Below, in pieces: positions 29,435 through 39,715 of a stretch of DNA of 64,000 nucleotides. Position 1 is the first letter of the stretch; each line of letters begins with the position of its first letter. The position numbers and the translations under genes are program-made. Location of the stretch: NCBI GenBank assembly GCA_900768265.1, contig CAAGCF010000004.1, positions 25,881 through 89,880 of the forward strand, read 5' to 3'. This DNA comes from an uncultured Collinsella sp. Lineage in GTDB: Bacteria > Actinomycetota > Coriobacteriia > Coriobacteriales > Coriobacteriaceae. A model generated the notes under the pieces. It did no database searches and had not been told where the DNA came from. It worked only from the letters and a program-made list of their open reading frames with translations.

Positions 29435-31378
29435 TTAGTTGCTAGACTCGGAGTCGTCGCCGGAGCCGGAACCGGAGACGGAAACCGTCAGCGTGATCGT
29501 GGTGTCGGTGGACTGCTTACCGGTGGGAGAGACGCCCGTAACGGTGGCATTCTCGTTGCCGCTCACAGGGTTGCCGTTCTGGTCACAGAAGCCGATGTTG
29601 TAGAAACCGGCGTTGTTGAGCGCGGTGACGGCGGCGGAGATGCTCTTGCCGTACAGGTTGCCCGGGACGCTGGCCTTGCCGGACTTCTTGGCGATGACGA
29701 CGGTGATCGTGGCGCCGGGCTTCTGCTTGCCGCTGGGGTTCCAGCTAATTACGGTGCCCTCGGTAACCGAGTCGTTTTCCTGGTAGCTCACATCGACGCC
29801 AAAGCCAGCCATGTCGAGAGCGTTGCGCGCCTGGGCCTCGGTCATGTCGGTCAGATCGGGCACCGAGGTGGTGTCCGGGCCGCTGGAGACTTTGTACGAG
29901 ATGGTCGTGCCCTTCTCGACCTCCTTGCCGGCAGCAGTGCCCTGTTCAAAGACCTGGCCCTCTTCGGCCTCATTGGCTTCCTCCGAAGCGCTGCCCTTCA
30001 GGCCCACGCTTGCCAGTGCGGCCTCGGCCTGGTCCTTGGTCAGGCCGAGGAGCTGCGGAACCTCAACCTTTTCGGAGGGCTTAGGGCCCTTGGAGATTAC
30101 CAGGTTCACCCTCGTGCCCTTGGCCTTCTTGGTGTTGCCGTTGGGGGTCTGTTCGGCGACCTTTCCCTCGTCGACATCGTCGTTGTAGCTCTGGTCGACG
30201 GTGCCAACCTCAAGGCCGGCTTCCTTGATCAGCTCAATAGCGGTTTCCTGGTCCTTGCCCAGCACGTCGGGCACCGTGACCTGTTCGCCACTGAACATGC
30301 CCGTGGCAAAGGCCACTACAACGCCAATCACGGCGACGGCGGCAATCACGGCGGCAATAATCTTGTTCTTGTTGGACTTGGGCTTCTCGACCTCGTAGGA
30401 GCCCGTGGAGCCCGAGACAGCGCTGCGGGCGGTGTTCTGACCGCTCACGCCCGAGACGGGACGAACCATAGCGCGCGTTGAGTCGGAAAGCTCGCGTGTC
30501 TTGGTGGCACCCAGGTCGCCGGCGGCACCGATGATGCGCGTGGGCTCCGACACGTTGACGGCACGGCCGGACAGGTAGCTGTTGAGCACCTGGCGCAGCT
30601 CGTCGGCCGTCTGGAAGCGGTTTGCCGGGTCCTTCTCCATGCACTTGAGGATGATGCGCTCCAGGTCGGCATCGACGCCGGAGTTGATCTGGCTCGGCGG
30701 GATGGGGAGCTCGTTGACCTGCTTGAGCGCGACCGAGATGGCGTCGTCGCCGTCAAAGGGCACGCGGCCGGTGGCGCACTCGTACATGACGACACCCAGC
30801 GAGTAGATATCCGAGGTGGGGCCGAGGTCCTGGCCGCGGGTCTGCTCGGGGCTTACATAGTGGGCGGTGCCCAGAACGTTGTTATCCTGCGTGAGGTGGC
30901 TGTTCTTGGCGCGTGCGATGCCAAAATCCATGACCTTGATGTTGCCGTCGGGCAGCACCATGATGTTTTGCGGCTTGATGTCGCGGTGGATGATCTCGTG
31001 CTTGTGTGCGACCGAAAGCGCGGAGCTGATCTGCGAGCCGATCTGCGCGACCTTCTTGGGATCGAGGGCACCGTGGCTCTTGATGCCGCTCTTAAGGTCG
31101 GTACCGCGCAGGTACTCCATGACGATGTAATAGGTGTCGCCGTCCTTGCCCCAGTCGTAGACGCCCACGATATAGGGGGAGGACAGGCCGGCAGCTGCCT
31201 GGGCCTCCTGCTTAAAGCGGGCGGCGAAGGTGGCGTCGCCGGCATACTGCGGCAGCATGATCTTGACGGCAACCGTGCGGTCGAGGACCTGATCCTGTGC
31301 ACGGAAGACGGTCGCCATACCGCCCGTCCCCACCTTATCCTTGAGGAGGTATCTTCCCCCGAGGACCCTCTGTTCCAT
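29435..31378 (-). CDS. pknB: PASTA-domain Ser/Thr kinase
   Basis: GTGGMATV, VAVK, HRDIKPQN, DFGIA, YVSPEQ, TM helix, PASTA repeats. Confidence 0.95.
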   Translation of the reverse strand: MEQRVLGGRYLLKDKVGTGGMATVFRAQDQVLDRTVAVKIMLPQYAGDATFAARFKQEAQAAAGLSSPYIVGVYDWGKDGDTYYIVMEYLRGTDLKSGIKSHGALDPKKVAQIGSQISSALSVAHKHEIIHRDIKPQNIMVLPDGNIKVMDFGIARAKNSHLTQDNNVLGTAHYVSPEQTRGQDLGPTSDIYSLGVVMYECATGRVPFDGDDAISVALKQVNELPIPPSQINSGVDADLERIILKCMEKDPANRFQTADELRQVLNSYLSGRAVNVSEPTRIIGAAGDLGATKTRELSDSTRAMVRPVSGVSGQNTARSAVSGSTGSYEVEKPKSNKNKIIAAVIAAVAVIGVVVAFATGMFSGEQVTVPDVLGKDQETAIELIKEAGLEVGTVDQSYNDDVDEGKVAEQTPNGNTKKAKGTRVNLVISKGPKPSEKVEVPQLLGLTKDQAEAALASVGLKGSASEEANEAEEGQVFEQGTAAGKEVEKGTTISYKVSSGPDTTSVPDLTDMTEAQARNALDMAGFGVDVSYQENDSVTEGTVISWNPSGKQKPGATITVVIAKKSGKASVPGNLYGKSISAAVTALNNAGFYNIGFCDQNGNPVSGNENATVTGVSPTGKQSTDTTITLTVSVSGSGSGDDSESSN

Positions 31379-31510
31379 TCCTGCTCCTAACATAACTATT
31401 CGCTCAACGATATGTGTAGTACCAAATGTGTGGCCGCTGGGGCCGTGTGGCGCGTTGCCGCTAGCTCATCGGCCGCGGCGCGCCCCAAGTATCCGCTTTG
31501 ATCACGGGCA

Positions 31511-34378
31511 TCACGCTCCCTGTGCGGCGAGCGCCGCGGTCAGGACGATGCCGGCAATCTTGGCCGCCTTGACGTCGTGTTTGTCGAAATCCTCCAGGGC
31601 CACCGAGATGGCAACCGTGGGTGAATCGTAAGGTGCAAAGCCAACAAACATAGAGTTGACGTTAGTGCCGCCGGTCTCGGCCGAACCGGTCTTGCCGGCA
31701 ACCTTGACGCCCGGAATCTGGGCATCGGTGCCGGTACCGGACTGGACGACGGCGAGCATGGCCTGCTTGACCTGGTCGGCCGTGGCAGAACTGACAGCCT
31801 GGCCCAGCGAGCGGGACTGCGTGGTCTTGACCACGGTTCCGTCCGGGGCGAGTATCTGGGACACAAAGAACGGGTCCATGACTACGCCGCTGTTGGCGAT
31901 AGCGGCAGCGATTACGCAATTCTGCATAACGGTGGTCTGCGGGCCAGGCGTGTGGTCCATTCCGACGGGCTGGCCGGCGCCTGCCCAAGCAGTCTCCCAC
32001 TCGGTCATAAGCGACGGGTCGGCCATGATGGAAGCCGCGGTGGTCAGATCCTGGCCGAGCTTTTGGCCGTAGCCAAAGGCGTTGGCAAACTGGACGAGCG
32101 AGCTGGCGCCGATCTCGTTGGCCACCTGGCCAAAGACGACGTTGGACGACACGGCGAAGGCCTGCTGCAGGCTGATGGTGCCGTAGCTCTCGTTGGCATA
32201 GTTGGTGACCGGCGCGTTGCCAATATCCATGGAGCCGGGCGCCTGGTACGTGCTGGTAAGGCTGGCGGTGCCGGTTTCGAGCGCCGCGGAGAGTGTGACG
32301 ACCTTAAAGGTCGAGCCCGGGGTGTACAGCGCGTCCATGGCGCGGTCGTACATGGAGCCGTCCTCGCCGCCGCCCGACTGGAGCAGCGCATCGATGTTGG
32401 TGTTGTCGTAAGTGGGCGAGCTCGCGCACGCAAGGACCGCACCGGTGCGCGGATCCATGACCACCACAGCGCCCTTAAAGCCCTTGAGCGCCTGCTCGGC
32501 AGCCGTCTGGATGCGCGAGTCGATGGTGAGCTTGGCGGTATTGCCCGGCTGGGTCTGCCCCGCGAGCGACGCGATGGCGTTGTTCCAGCTGGAGTAATCC
32601 TTGGAGCCGGTAAGCGTATCGTTCATGACGCTCTCGATGCCGGCGGTGCCGTATTGCTGGCTCACGTAGCCCACCACGTGCGCGGCCATGTTGCCGTTGG
32701 GGTAGGAACGGGCGTAGGTGCCGTCCTCCTGCTGCAGCGACTCGGCTAGCGTCACGCCGTCGGACGTGATGATAGAGCCACGCTGGATGTACTTGGAGCG
32801 GGCGATGGTGTGGTTGTTGGTCGGCATGTCCTGGTAGTCCTTCGCCTTGATGACCTGGACATAGGTAAGGTTGCCGATAAGGATGGCGAACAGCGCCGTA
32901 AAGGCAAACACGGCACGAGTCAGACGGTTGGCAAGTGCCACGCGGCCGAGCACGCCGGACTCGGGCGTGTCGAGCAGGCGACGACGCATGCGAGAACCCG
33001 CGGAGTGGCTGCCGTTGCCGTAGGAAGGTGCGTTGGCAAAACGCGTACCGGTCAGGGCAGCGGATGCGACCTGGTCATCGGTGATGGCGGCCATGGTGCC
33101 GGTGCCGGTGAGCTCGGCTTCGCGTCCGGTTGCCTCGTCGCCGGCGCGCAGCAGCAGCGCGACGATGATAAAGCTTGCCAGCAGCGAGGAGCCGCCCTGG
33201 CTCATAAAGGGCAGGGTGACGCCGGTCAGCGGGATCAGGCGGGTTACGCCGCCAACGATTAAGAATGCCTGGAAGCTGATGGCCGCCGTAAGGCCGGTCG
33301 CGCTAAAGGCGGCAAGGTCGGACTTGGCGCGGGCTGCCGTGGTGAGGCCACGCACGGCAAATAGCATAAACAGGATGAGCACGGCGCCGCCGCCCAAAAG
33401 GCCCATTTCCTCGCCGATGGCCGAGAAGATAAAGTCGGACTCGACGACGGGGATGTTGTTTGCCATGCCGTTGCCAATGCCGACGCCAACCAGGCCGCCG
33501 TCAGCCAGCGAGTAAAGTGACTGTACGATCTGGTAGCCCTGGCCCTGAGCGTCCTTAAACGGATCGGCCCAGATCTGGAAACGCACCTGCACGTGCGACA
33601 GAAACTTGTAGGCGCCCACGGCCCCAACGGCCAGCAGCGCAAGGCCGATGATGACGTACGAAAAGCGTCCCGTGGCAACATAGAGCATCAGCAAAAAGAT
33701 GGTGTAGAACAGGACGGCCGAGCCCAGGTCGCGTTCGAAGACGACGATGAGCAAGCACACGCCCCACACGGCAAACAGCGGCAGCAGCAGGCGAAAGCGC
33801 GGAATCTTGAGGCCCAGGATCTTGCGGTTGGAGATGGAGAGCAGCTCGCGGTTCTCGGCAAGATAGCCTGCCAGGAACAGGACGATGAAGACCTTGGCGA
33901 ACTCGCCGGGCTGGATGGTGAATCCCGCGATGCGAATCCACAGCTTGGAGCCCGAGATCGTGGTGCCGATAAAGATCGGCAGCATCAGCAAGATGATGCC
34001 GATAATGCCAAAGGTGTACTTGTAGCGCATGACCACGTCGAGGTTCTTGACCAGTGCGAGCGTTCCCACCATGAGCGCCACCGAGACAAACAAGATGATG
34101 AGCTGCGAGATGGCGAGGTCGGGGGCCAGGCGCGTCACGAATGTGATGCCGATGCCCGAGAGCACAAAGACGATGGGCAGGATGGCGGGGTCGGCGCCGG
34201 GCGCCAGGATGCGCACGGCGATATGCGCCGCGGCGAAGGCGGCGAACAGGCCGATCGGCACGGCGAGCGTCTCAAAGGAAATCGTGGCGCCCGCGGTGAG
34301 CACGTACATCGCATAGAGCAGGATGACGGGGAACGCCGAGGCGATGAGCAAGAGCAGTTCGGTGTTGCGGCGACTCAT
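31511..34378 (-). CDS. Fused SEDS glycosyltransferase (RodA/FtsW)-class B PBP (PbpA)
   Basis: QPGEFAK, DLG, SDFIF, P.TGVTLPFMSQGGSS then STFK, SSN, KTG in one frame. Confidence 0.92.
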   Translation of the reverse strand: MSRRNTELLLLIASAFPVILLYAMYVLTAGATISFETLAVPIGLFAAFAAAHIAVRILAPGADPAILPIVFVLSGIGITFVTRLAPDLAISQLIILFVSVALMVGTLALVKNLDVVMRYKYTFGIIGIILLMLPIFIGTTISGSKLWIRIAGFTIQPGEFAKVFIVLFLAGYLAENRELLSISNRKILGLKIPRFRLLLPLFAVWGVCLLIVVFERDLGSAVLFYTIFLLMLYVATGRFSYVIIGLALLAVGAVGAYKFLSHVQVRFQIWADPFKDAQGQGYQIVQSLYSLADGGLVGVGIGNGMANNIPVVESDFIFSAIGEEMGLLGGGAVLILFMLFAVRGLTTAARAKSDLAAFSATGLTAAISFQAFLIVGGVTRLIPLTGVTLPFMSQGGSSLLASFIIVALLLRAGDEATGREAELTGTGTMAAITDDQVASAALTGTRFANAPSYGNGSHSAGSRMRRRLLDTPESGVLGRVALANRLTRAVFAFTALFAILIGNLTYVQVIKAKDYQDMPTNNHTIARSKYIQRGSIITSDGVTLAESLQQEDGTYARSYPNGNMAAHVVGYVSQQYGTAGIESVMNDTLTGSKDYSSWNNAIASLAGQTQPGNTAKLTIDSRIQTAAEQALKGFKGAVVVMDPRTGAVLACASSPTYDNTNIDALLQSGGGEDGSMYDRAMDALYTPGSTFKVVTLSAALETGTASLTSTYQAPGSMDIGNAPVTNYANESYGTISLQQAFAVSSNVVFGQVANEIGASSLVQFANAFGYGQKLGQDLTTAASIMADPSLMTEWETAWAGAGQPVGMDHTPGPQTTVMQNCVIAAAIANSGVVMDPFFVSQILAPDGTVVKTTQSRSLGQAVSSATADQVKQAMLAVVQSGTGTDAQIPGVKVAGKTGSAETGGTNVNSMFVGFAPYDSPTVAISVALEDFDKHDVKAAKIAGIVLTAALAAQGA

Positions 34379-34394
34379 AAGCGGCACTCCCTTT

Positions 34395-36293
34395 CTAATT
34401 CTTATCGGAGGCTTCGGCCTCGGCTGACTGTTCGGCGGTTTTCTCGGAATCTGACTCGGAGGTGGATTTCTGATCGGTGTTGTCGCGAATCGTTTGCGCG
34501 TCAATCACCTGACGGGTCTGTTCCTCGTCAATCTGATGGCGGTACTTGGAAATGGTGTCCTGCGCATCGTCGACATTCGTTTGCGGAATGCCTGCCTTCA
34601 GGCGGTTTTGCGTGTCTTCGGGCAGGTCGGACAGCTTGATGCTGGTTTCGCTCTCGAGCCAGTGGAGTTCGACCCCGAGCGTCTTGCCAGGCAGGCCGCG
34701 CCAGACGGCGACATTGCCGTGGTAGGTTCCCAAGTAATAGGAGCCGGTGACGCCCGTGTATGCCCAGATGCCCGCTACCAGCACAAAGACAAGGGCCAAG
34801 ACGGCGGCGATGGTGACATTGCGGCGTCGGACGCGTTTTGCCTCGCGCATGACACCATCGTCGACCAGGTCGACGACCACCACGGTCACATTGTCGTGGC
34901 CGCCGGCGGCGAGCGCCGCGTCCACCAAGTTGTCGACACAGATCTGTGCGGTCGAGGACTGCGTAGCGATGTTCTCGATATCGCTATCGGGAATCATGCT
35001 CGAAAGACCGTCGGAGCACAGAATCAGGCGGTCGCCTTCCTCGATGTGCAGGGTAAAGTGGTCGGCATACATGGCGGGATCCGAGCCCAGCGCGCGGGTG
35101 ATGACCGAGCGGTTGGGGTGGACGCGGGCCTCGTCGGCCGTAATCTCGCCGGCATCCACGAGCTCTTCCACGTAGGAGTGGTCGCGGGTCACACGGATGA
35201 GCGTGCCCTCGTGGAGCAGGTAGGCGCGCGAGTCGCCCACATGGGCGATGGCGAGCGTGTCGTTTTCGATGTAGGCGCAGGTGGCCGTGCATCCCATGCC
35301 GGGTTTGCCCAGGCCGTTGAGGGCGGCCTCGATCACGGCGGCGTTGGCGGCCTCGACGGCTGCGGCCAGGCGCGCGGCGTCGGCGGACTGCGGCGCCGTC
35401 TTGGCGATGGTCTCGACGGCGATGGAGGATGCCACCTCGCCGGCCGCGTGTCCTCCCATGCCGTCGCACACGCAAAAGAGCGGCGACTGCACCAGATAGG
35501 AGTCCTCATTGTGCGGGCGTACGCATCCGACGTCGGAGCGGGCGCCCCACATAAGCTGCGTGGTGGTGCCGGCGTCGTAGGTCGAGTCGGTCTCGATGCG
35601 CTCGTCGGTCAGCGGCTCAAAGCTCATGGTCGAGCCGGGATCTTTGAGCTTTGCCTCCACGGCGGCGACATCGATCTCGGCGGTGTCGCCGGGGGAGACA
35701 GTGTCGGCGTCGTCTCCCGACTCGGCGTCGGAGATGTCCGGAAGGTTGAGATCTTCGGTTACGCGGTCGGCGGGATCGCCGTCCTGCTGCGGCTCGACAG
35801 CCGTCGGCTCGGGCGTCGCAAAGTGCGACGGCGCGGGCATGCTCTGGGGTTGAGTGGAGGGCTCGGGAGCTGCGGCGGGCACGGCAACGGGCTGCTCGAC
35901 TTCGGCAGGCGTTGCGGATGCGGGTGCCGCCTCGCTCGCCGGGGCGACGGGGAATACCGGTGCGGCAGGCTCGGGGGCTGCAAACACGGCAGCGCTCTCG
36001 TTAATCGCCTCGGCGACGGGCTCGGCAAAGTGAGCCGGTGCGGGCGTTGCCTCCGGTTCCGCGGGCTGCTCGGCAGCGTGCGCGCCGATGGGGGCGTCGA
36101 GCTGCTCGGTGTCGGCGTCCTCGTCATCGGCGAGTGCCGGATATTCTTGAGTTACATGCGAAAGAGGCAGGGAGAACACGGTGTCCTCGGGCTCCACGGT
36201 CGCAGGGCGCGCCGGAGCGGCATGGGCCGGCGCAGCTGCGGGGGCAGCCGGCGTCTCGGGCATGGTTGCGGACTTGTTCTCCTCGTCGATCAT
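34395..36293 (-). CDS. pstP: PP2C-family Ser/Thr phosphatase with long acidic Pro/Ala N-terminal extension
   Basis: R..NED, DGMGG, HVGDSR, CSDGL, GGHDN, TM helix. Confidence 0.9.
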   Translation of the reverse strand: MIDEENKSATMPETPAAPAAAPAHAAPARPATVEPEDTVFSLPLSHVTQEYPALADDEDADTEQLDAPIGAHAAEQPAEPEATPAPAHFAEPVAEAINESAAVFAAPEPAAPVFPVAPASEAAPASATPAEVEQPVAVPAAAPEPSTQPQSMPAPSHFATPEPTAVEPQQDGDPADRVTEDLNLPDISDAESGDDADTVSPGDTAEIDVAAVEAKLKDPGSTMSFEPLTDERIETDSTYDAGTTTQLMWGARSDVGCVRPHNEDSYLVQSPLFCVCDGMGGHAAGEVASSIAVETIAKTAPQSADAARLAAAVEAANAAVIEAALNGLGKPGMGCTATCAYIENDTLAIAHVGDSRAYLLHEGTLIRVTRDHSYVEELVDAGEITADEARVHPNRSVITRALGSDPAMYADHFTLHIEEGDRLILCSDGLSSMIPDSDIENIATQSSTAQICVDNLVDAALAAGGHDNVTVVVVDLVDDGVMREAKRVRRRNVTIAAVLALVFVLVAGIWAYTGVTGSYYLGTYHGNVAVWRGLPGKTLGVELHWLESETSIKLSDLPEDTQNRLKAGIPQTNVDDAQDTISKYRHQIDEEQTRQVIDAQTIRDNTDQKSTSESDSEKTAEQSAEAEASDKN

Positions 36294-36706
36294 CGACGGT
36301 TCACCTTCATGACCACGTCGCCAATCTGGACCTCGTCACCCTCGCGCAGCGTTGCGGGCTCCACCAGCTGACGGCCGTTAACGAGCGTGCCGTTCAGCGA
36401 GTTGAGGTCTTCGATGATGAGTGCCGGGCCCTGCAGCGAAAAGCGTGCGTGCGAGGCCGAGACAAACGGTTCGTTGATGCAGATGTCCGAGGACGGCGAG
36501 CGGCCCACGATGACGGGGCCGAGCATGTCTACATGGATGCCACGGATGCCGCGCGGACCCTTGTCCACATCGATCGTCCAGATAGCGGAGTCACGGCGCT
36601 GGCCGCGTACGAGTCCCACGCCGGTTTTCATGACGGCGAACAGGAAGATGTAGAGCAGGGCGACCAGGACGATGCGGCCTGCAAAAAGGACGATATCGAT
36701 GTTCAT
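36290..36706 (-). CDS. fhaB: FHA-domain protein FhaB-like
   Basis: N-terminal TM plus GR, S..HA, S.NGT FHA motifs; conserved synteny. Confidence 0.88.
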   Translation of the reverse strand: MNIDIVLFAGRIVLVALLYIFLFAVMKTGVGLVRGQRRDSAIWTIDVDKGPRGIRGIHVDMLGPVIVGRSPSSDICINEPFVSASHARFSLQGPALIIEDLNSLNGTLVNGRQLVEPATLREGDEVQIGDVVMKVNRR

Positions 36707-36712
36707 AAGCGA

Positions 36713-37723
36713 CTATCCCCTAAATTCAAAGGTGCTCAGGCCAAACGTCAGCAGGTCGCCGTTGCGCAGCGGGCAGCGCGTGATGCGGCGGTTGTTGACG
36801 AGCGTGCCGTTGGTGGAATTGAGGTCCTCGATCGACCAGTCCGAACCGGTAAAGGTGAGCTGGGCGTGACGGCGCGACACGTTGGGGTCGCGCAGGGCGA
36901 TGTCCGAAACCGAGCGCTCGCGACCGATGGTCACCTGCGCGGAAGTGATGCTGTGGCTCTCGCCGCTCACGACGTCGACGAGCTGGGCGAGCGGGCGCTG
37001 CGGTGCGCGGGTGCTCGCCATGTTGGAGGCAATACCGGCCGCGGCGCCAAGGCCCACGGCGGCGCCGGTCGCGGCGGCTCCGCCCATACCGGCGAGGGCG
37101 TCACGAGAGACGGTCTGCGGCACGGGGATGGGCGCGGCGGCGGGGTCGGGGACATTGGGCGCAAAGGGATCGGCCACGGCGAGCGGGTCGGGAGCGGCGG
37201 CACGGGGTGCCGGCTGCTGGGGCATGGCGGCGGGGCGCTGTTGCTGCGGAGCGGCGAATTGCTGCTTGCCGGCGCGGGGAGCGCTGGCGGCGCGGCTTGC
37301 GGCCGAGTTGTTCTGGCCCAGGCCATTCTGGTAGGCGCGCTCCTCCTCGTACAGACGACCGAGCGTGGGGGCGTCGACGTTCTCGGCAAAGACCGAGAAC
37401 TTACCGGCACGCAGCTGCGGGTCGATCATAAAGCGAACGAGGGGTTCGCCGACAAACACATAGCGGCGCTTTTCGGCCTGTGCCTTCACAAACTCGCGGA
37501 CTTCGCGCGAAAGCTCGGGGTAGAACGGGGCGAGCATGGGATCGTCATCGGCGGCGATCAAGATGGTATAGAGTGCCGGCGCGGTGTTGACGCCGTTGAT
37601 CACCAGAGTCTGATCCTCCATGTCGCGAGCGGCCTGCTTGGCAAGCTTCTTAAAGGAGAACGGGGCACGGGTGGCACCGAAGATGCCGGCCACGTGGTCC
37701 TCGAAGATGTTCAGGAAGTTCAC
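36713..37723 (-). CDS. fhaA: FhaA-like protein (DUF3662 + FHA)
   Basis: N-terminal conserved domain, Pro/Ala linker, GR..SRRHA..STNGT. Confidence 0.88.
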   Translation of the reverse strand: MNFLNIFEDHVAGIFGATRAPFSFKKLAKQAARDMEDQTLVINGVNTAPALYTILIAADDDPMLAPFYPELSREVREFVKAQAEKRRYVFVGEPLVRFMIDPQLRAGKFSVFAENVDAPTLGRLYEEERAYQNGLGQNNSAASRAASAPRAGKQQFAAPQQQRPAAMPQQPAPRAAAPDPLAVADPFAPNVPDPAAAPIPVPQTVSRDALAGMGGAAATGAAVGLGAAAGIASNMASTRAPQRPLAQLVDVVSGESHSITSAQVTIGRERSVSDIALRDPNVSRRHAQLTFTGSDWSIEDLNSTNGTLVNNRRITRCPLRNGDLLTFGLSTFEFRG

Positions 37724-39573
37724 GAAAGATCACTCTCCGTATAGGTTCTTTGGTATCCGAGCAAATATAGGCATATCCCAACGATTATAGAGGATAGGGT
37801 TCCCGCAACCGCCGCCTTGACGACGACCGCGGCCGCAAGGCTGGCAATTTCCATATGGTGTGCAAGACAGAGCGACGCCGCAGAGCCTATTCCGCAGCCG
37901 GCGATGGCAGCGATTGCAGTCAGGTTCGAGCCCTGCTCAGCACGCTTGGCATGGGCGTTGAGCAGCAGAGATGTCAGTGCAGCTGTCGCCGCGACGAGCA
38001 CAACGGCAGCCCAGAAGAGCATGTCTCCCAGCGCCGCGGCAACATTGCCGAGTCCCAGCACGCCTCCGGCGGAAAGCGCAACCGTAGCCAGGCGGCCAAA
38101 AAGCGCGCCCATCCCCGTGGCGGCCGCGGCGCTTGCCGGGCCGAGCAAAAAGGCCGCGATGCCGGCGGCGACCCCGGCGGCAAGGAGGACGTCGCCCGTC
38201 AGACAGCCAAGTGCCACCGCGCAGGTGAGCGCGGCGCTCGCGGCAGCCTCGGTGCGGCCCCAGGCGATCCACCAACCGGACATGGTGGCGGCAAAGAGCA
38301 CCGCGACGGGCAGCATCGACAGGATGCCCTGCGCCTGCATGGTGGCGTTGGCCATAAGTACCAAAAAGCCCACGGCCGAGATAGCCGAGCCAATCTGCGG
38401 GGCCAGGCTGGCGGCCGCCCCAATCGCGATGGCCGCGGCAATAAGTCCGGGAAGCGCCGCGACGCCAGCCGTCTGCATCAGCAAAAAGCTAAAGGCACCA
38501 CACGAGAGAGCCGAGATGGCGCGCATGGTGTAGTTGCGCGCGTGGCTCCAGCGCGTGCCCGCCCAACCAAGTGCGGGGTCGACCTCGATGGTGTCGTCCT
38601 CATAGGGCAACGATTCGATATCGTCTGCCGCGCGCTCGTCATCCGACAGCTCGCCCACCATCTGCTCCAGGCTGCGACGGCCCTCGCGCACGCTGCCCAA
38701 GCCGGCGAGCAGCTGGTCGCAAAATGCCTCGATGCTGTTGGGGCGGTCTTGTGGCATGGGGGAGAGGGCGCTCATGAGCGCAGCCTCGGCTCCCGGGGGA
38801 AAGTGCGGGATGAGCTCGCTGGGGTAGGTGGCACCGCCGATGATGCGGCCGAGCGAGTCGCCGGGCGTGGCGGCCATAAAGGGAGCGCTGCCGCACAGGC
38901 CCTCGTAGATCACACAAGCGAGGGCAAAGACATCGGCGCGCTCGTCGACCGTGCCGGTTTCGATGTCGAGCTGCTCGGGCGGCATGTAGCCGATGGTGCC
39001 GCCGCGTGAGCCGCCAAAGCCGCCGGCAGACGACAGCCGCGCCATGCCAAAGTCGGTGAGCTTTACATTGCCCGAGTGGTCGATGAGCACGTTGGCGGGC
39101 TTGATGTCCAGGTGGAGCACGCCATTGCTATGGGCGAAGGTGAGCGCCTGGCCCAGCGCGTCGGCAATTGCCGCGGCCTCGTCAAAGGTGAGCGAATGGC
39201 CGTCCACGCGATGCAAAAACTCGGCTAGGGACATGCCGTCGACATATTCCATGACCAGGTAGGCATAGGCGGTATCGTGCGTAAAGTCGATAACCTGCAC
39301 GATATTGGGATGTTGAAGCATGGCGGCAGTGTGCGCCTCGCGCAGGACATCCATGATGTCGCTGGCGGGCATGCCGGCACCGTTGATAAGGGGGATGCGC
39401 TTAATGGCGACGCGGCGGCGCAGGTGCGTGTCGCGGCAGATCTCGATGGAGCCAAAACCGCCGGTCGCGAGCGTCTCGAGCGGCTGGTACCGCTTGAGCA
39501 GCTCGCGAGAGCTGGTGCCCTCCAAGGGAACGTCCGGCGAGAACCGGGCGGTATGTTGCGAGAAAAGCGGCAT
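37720..39573 (-). CDS. Ser/Thr kinase with polytopic membrane C-terminus
   Basis: TGGFG, VAIK, HPNIV, HLDIKPAN, DFG, GT.GYMPPEQ, then multiple hydrophobic helices. Confidence 0.88.
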   Translation of the reverse strand: MPLFSQHTARFSPDVPLEGTSSRELLKRYQPLETLATGGFGSIEICRDTHLRRRVAIKRIPLINGAGMPASDIMDVLREAHTAAMLQHPNIVQVIDFTHDTAYAYLVMEYVDGMSLAEFLHRVDGHSLTFDEAAAIADALGQALTFAHSNGVLHLDIKPANVLIDHSGNVKLTDFGMARLSSAGGFGGSRGGTIGYMPPEQLDIETGTVDERADVFALACVIYEGLCGSAPFMAATPGDSLGRIIGGATYPSELIPHFPPGAEAALMSALSPMPQDRPNSIEAFCDQLLAGLGSVREGRRSLEQMVGELSDDERAADDIESLPYEDDTIEVDPALGWAGTRWSHARNYTMRAISALSCGAFSFLLMQTAGVAALPGLIAAAIAIGAAASLAPQIGSAISAVGFLVLMANATMQAQGILSMLPVAVLFAATMSGWWIAWGRTEAAASAALTCAVALGCLTGDVLLAAGVAAGIAAFLLGPASAAAATGMGALFGRLATVALSAGGVLGLGNVAAALGDMLFWAAVVLVAATAALTSLLLNAHAKRAEQGSNLTAIAAIAGCGIGSAASLCLAHHMEIASLAAAVVVKAAVAGTLSSIIVGICLYLLGYQRTYTESDLS

Positions 39574-39715
39574 GGCCAACCCTCGTGCGTTTAAAGTTCG
39601 TTTGCGAGCGGCGGGCGCGGGGCCGAGCCATTCGCGGTGGCATAGATGCTGCTAGTTTAGCACGCTCGGGCGCATGGTGAAGGTAGCGGGGCGAGGTGGC
39701 CTATCTGACTTGGCC

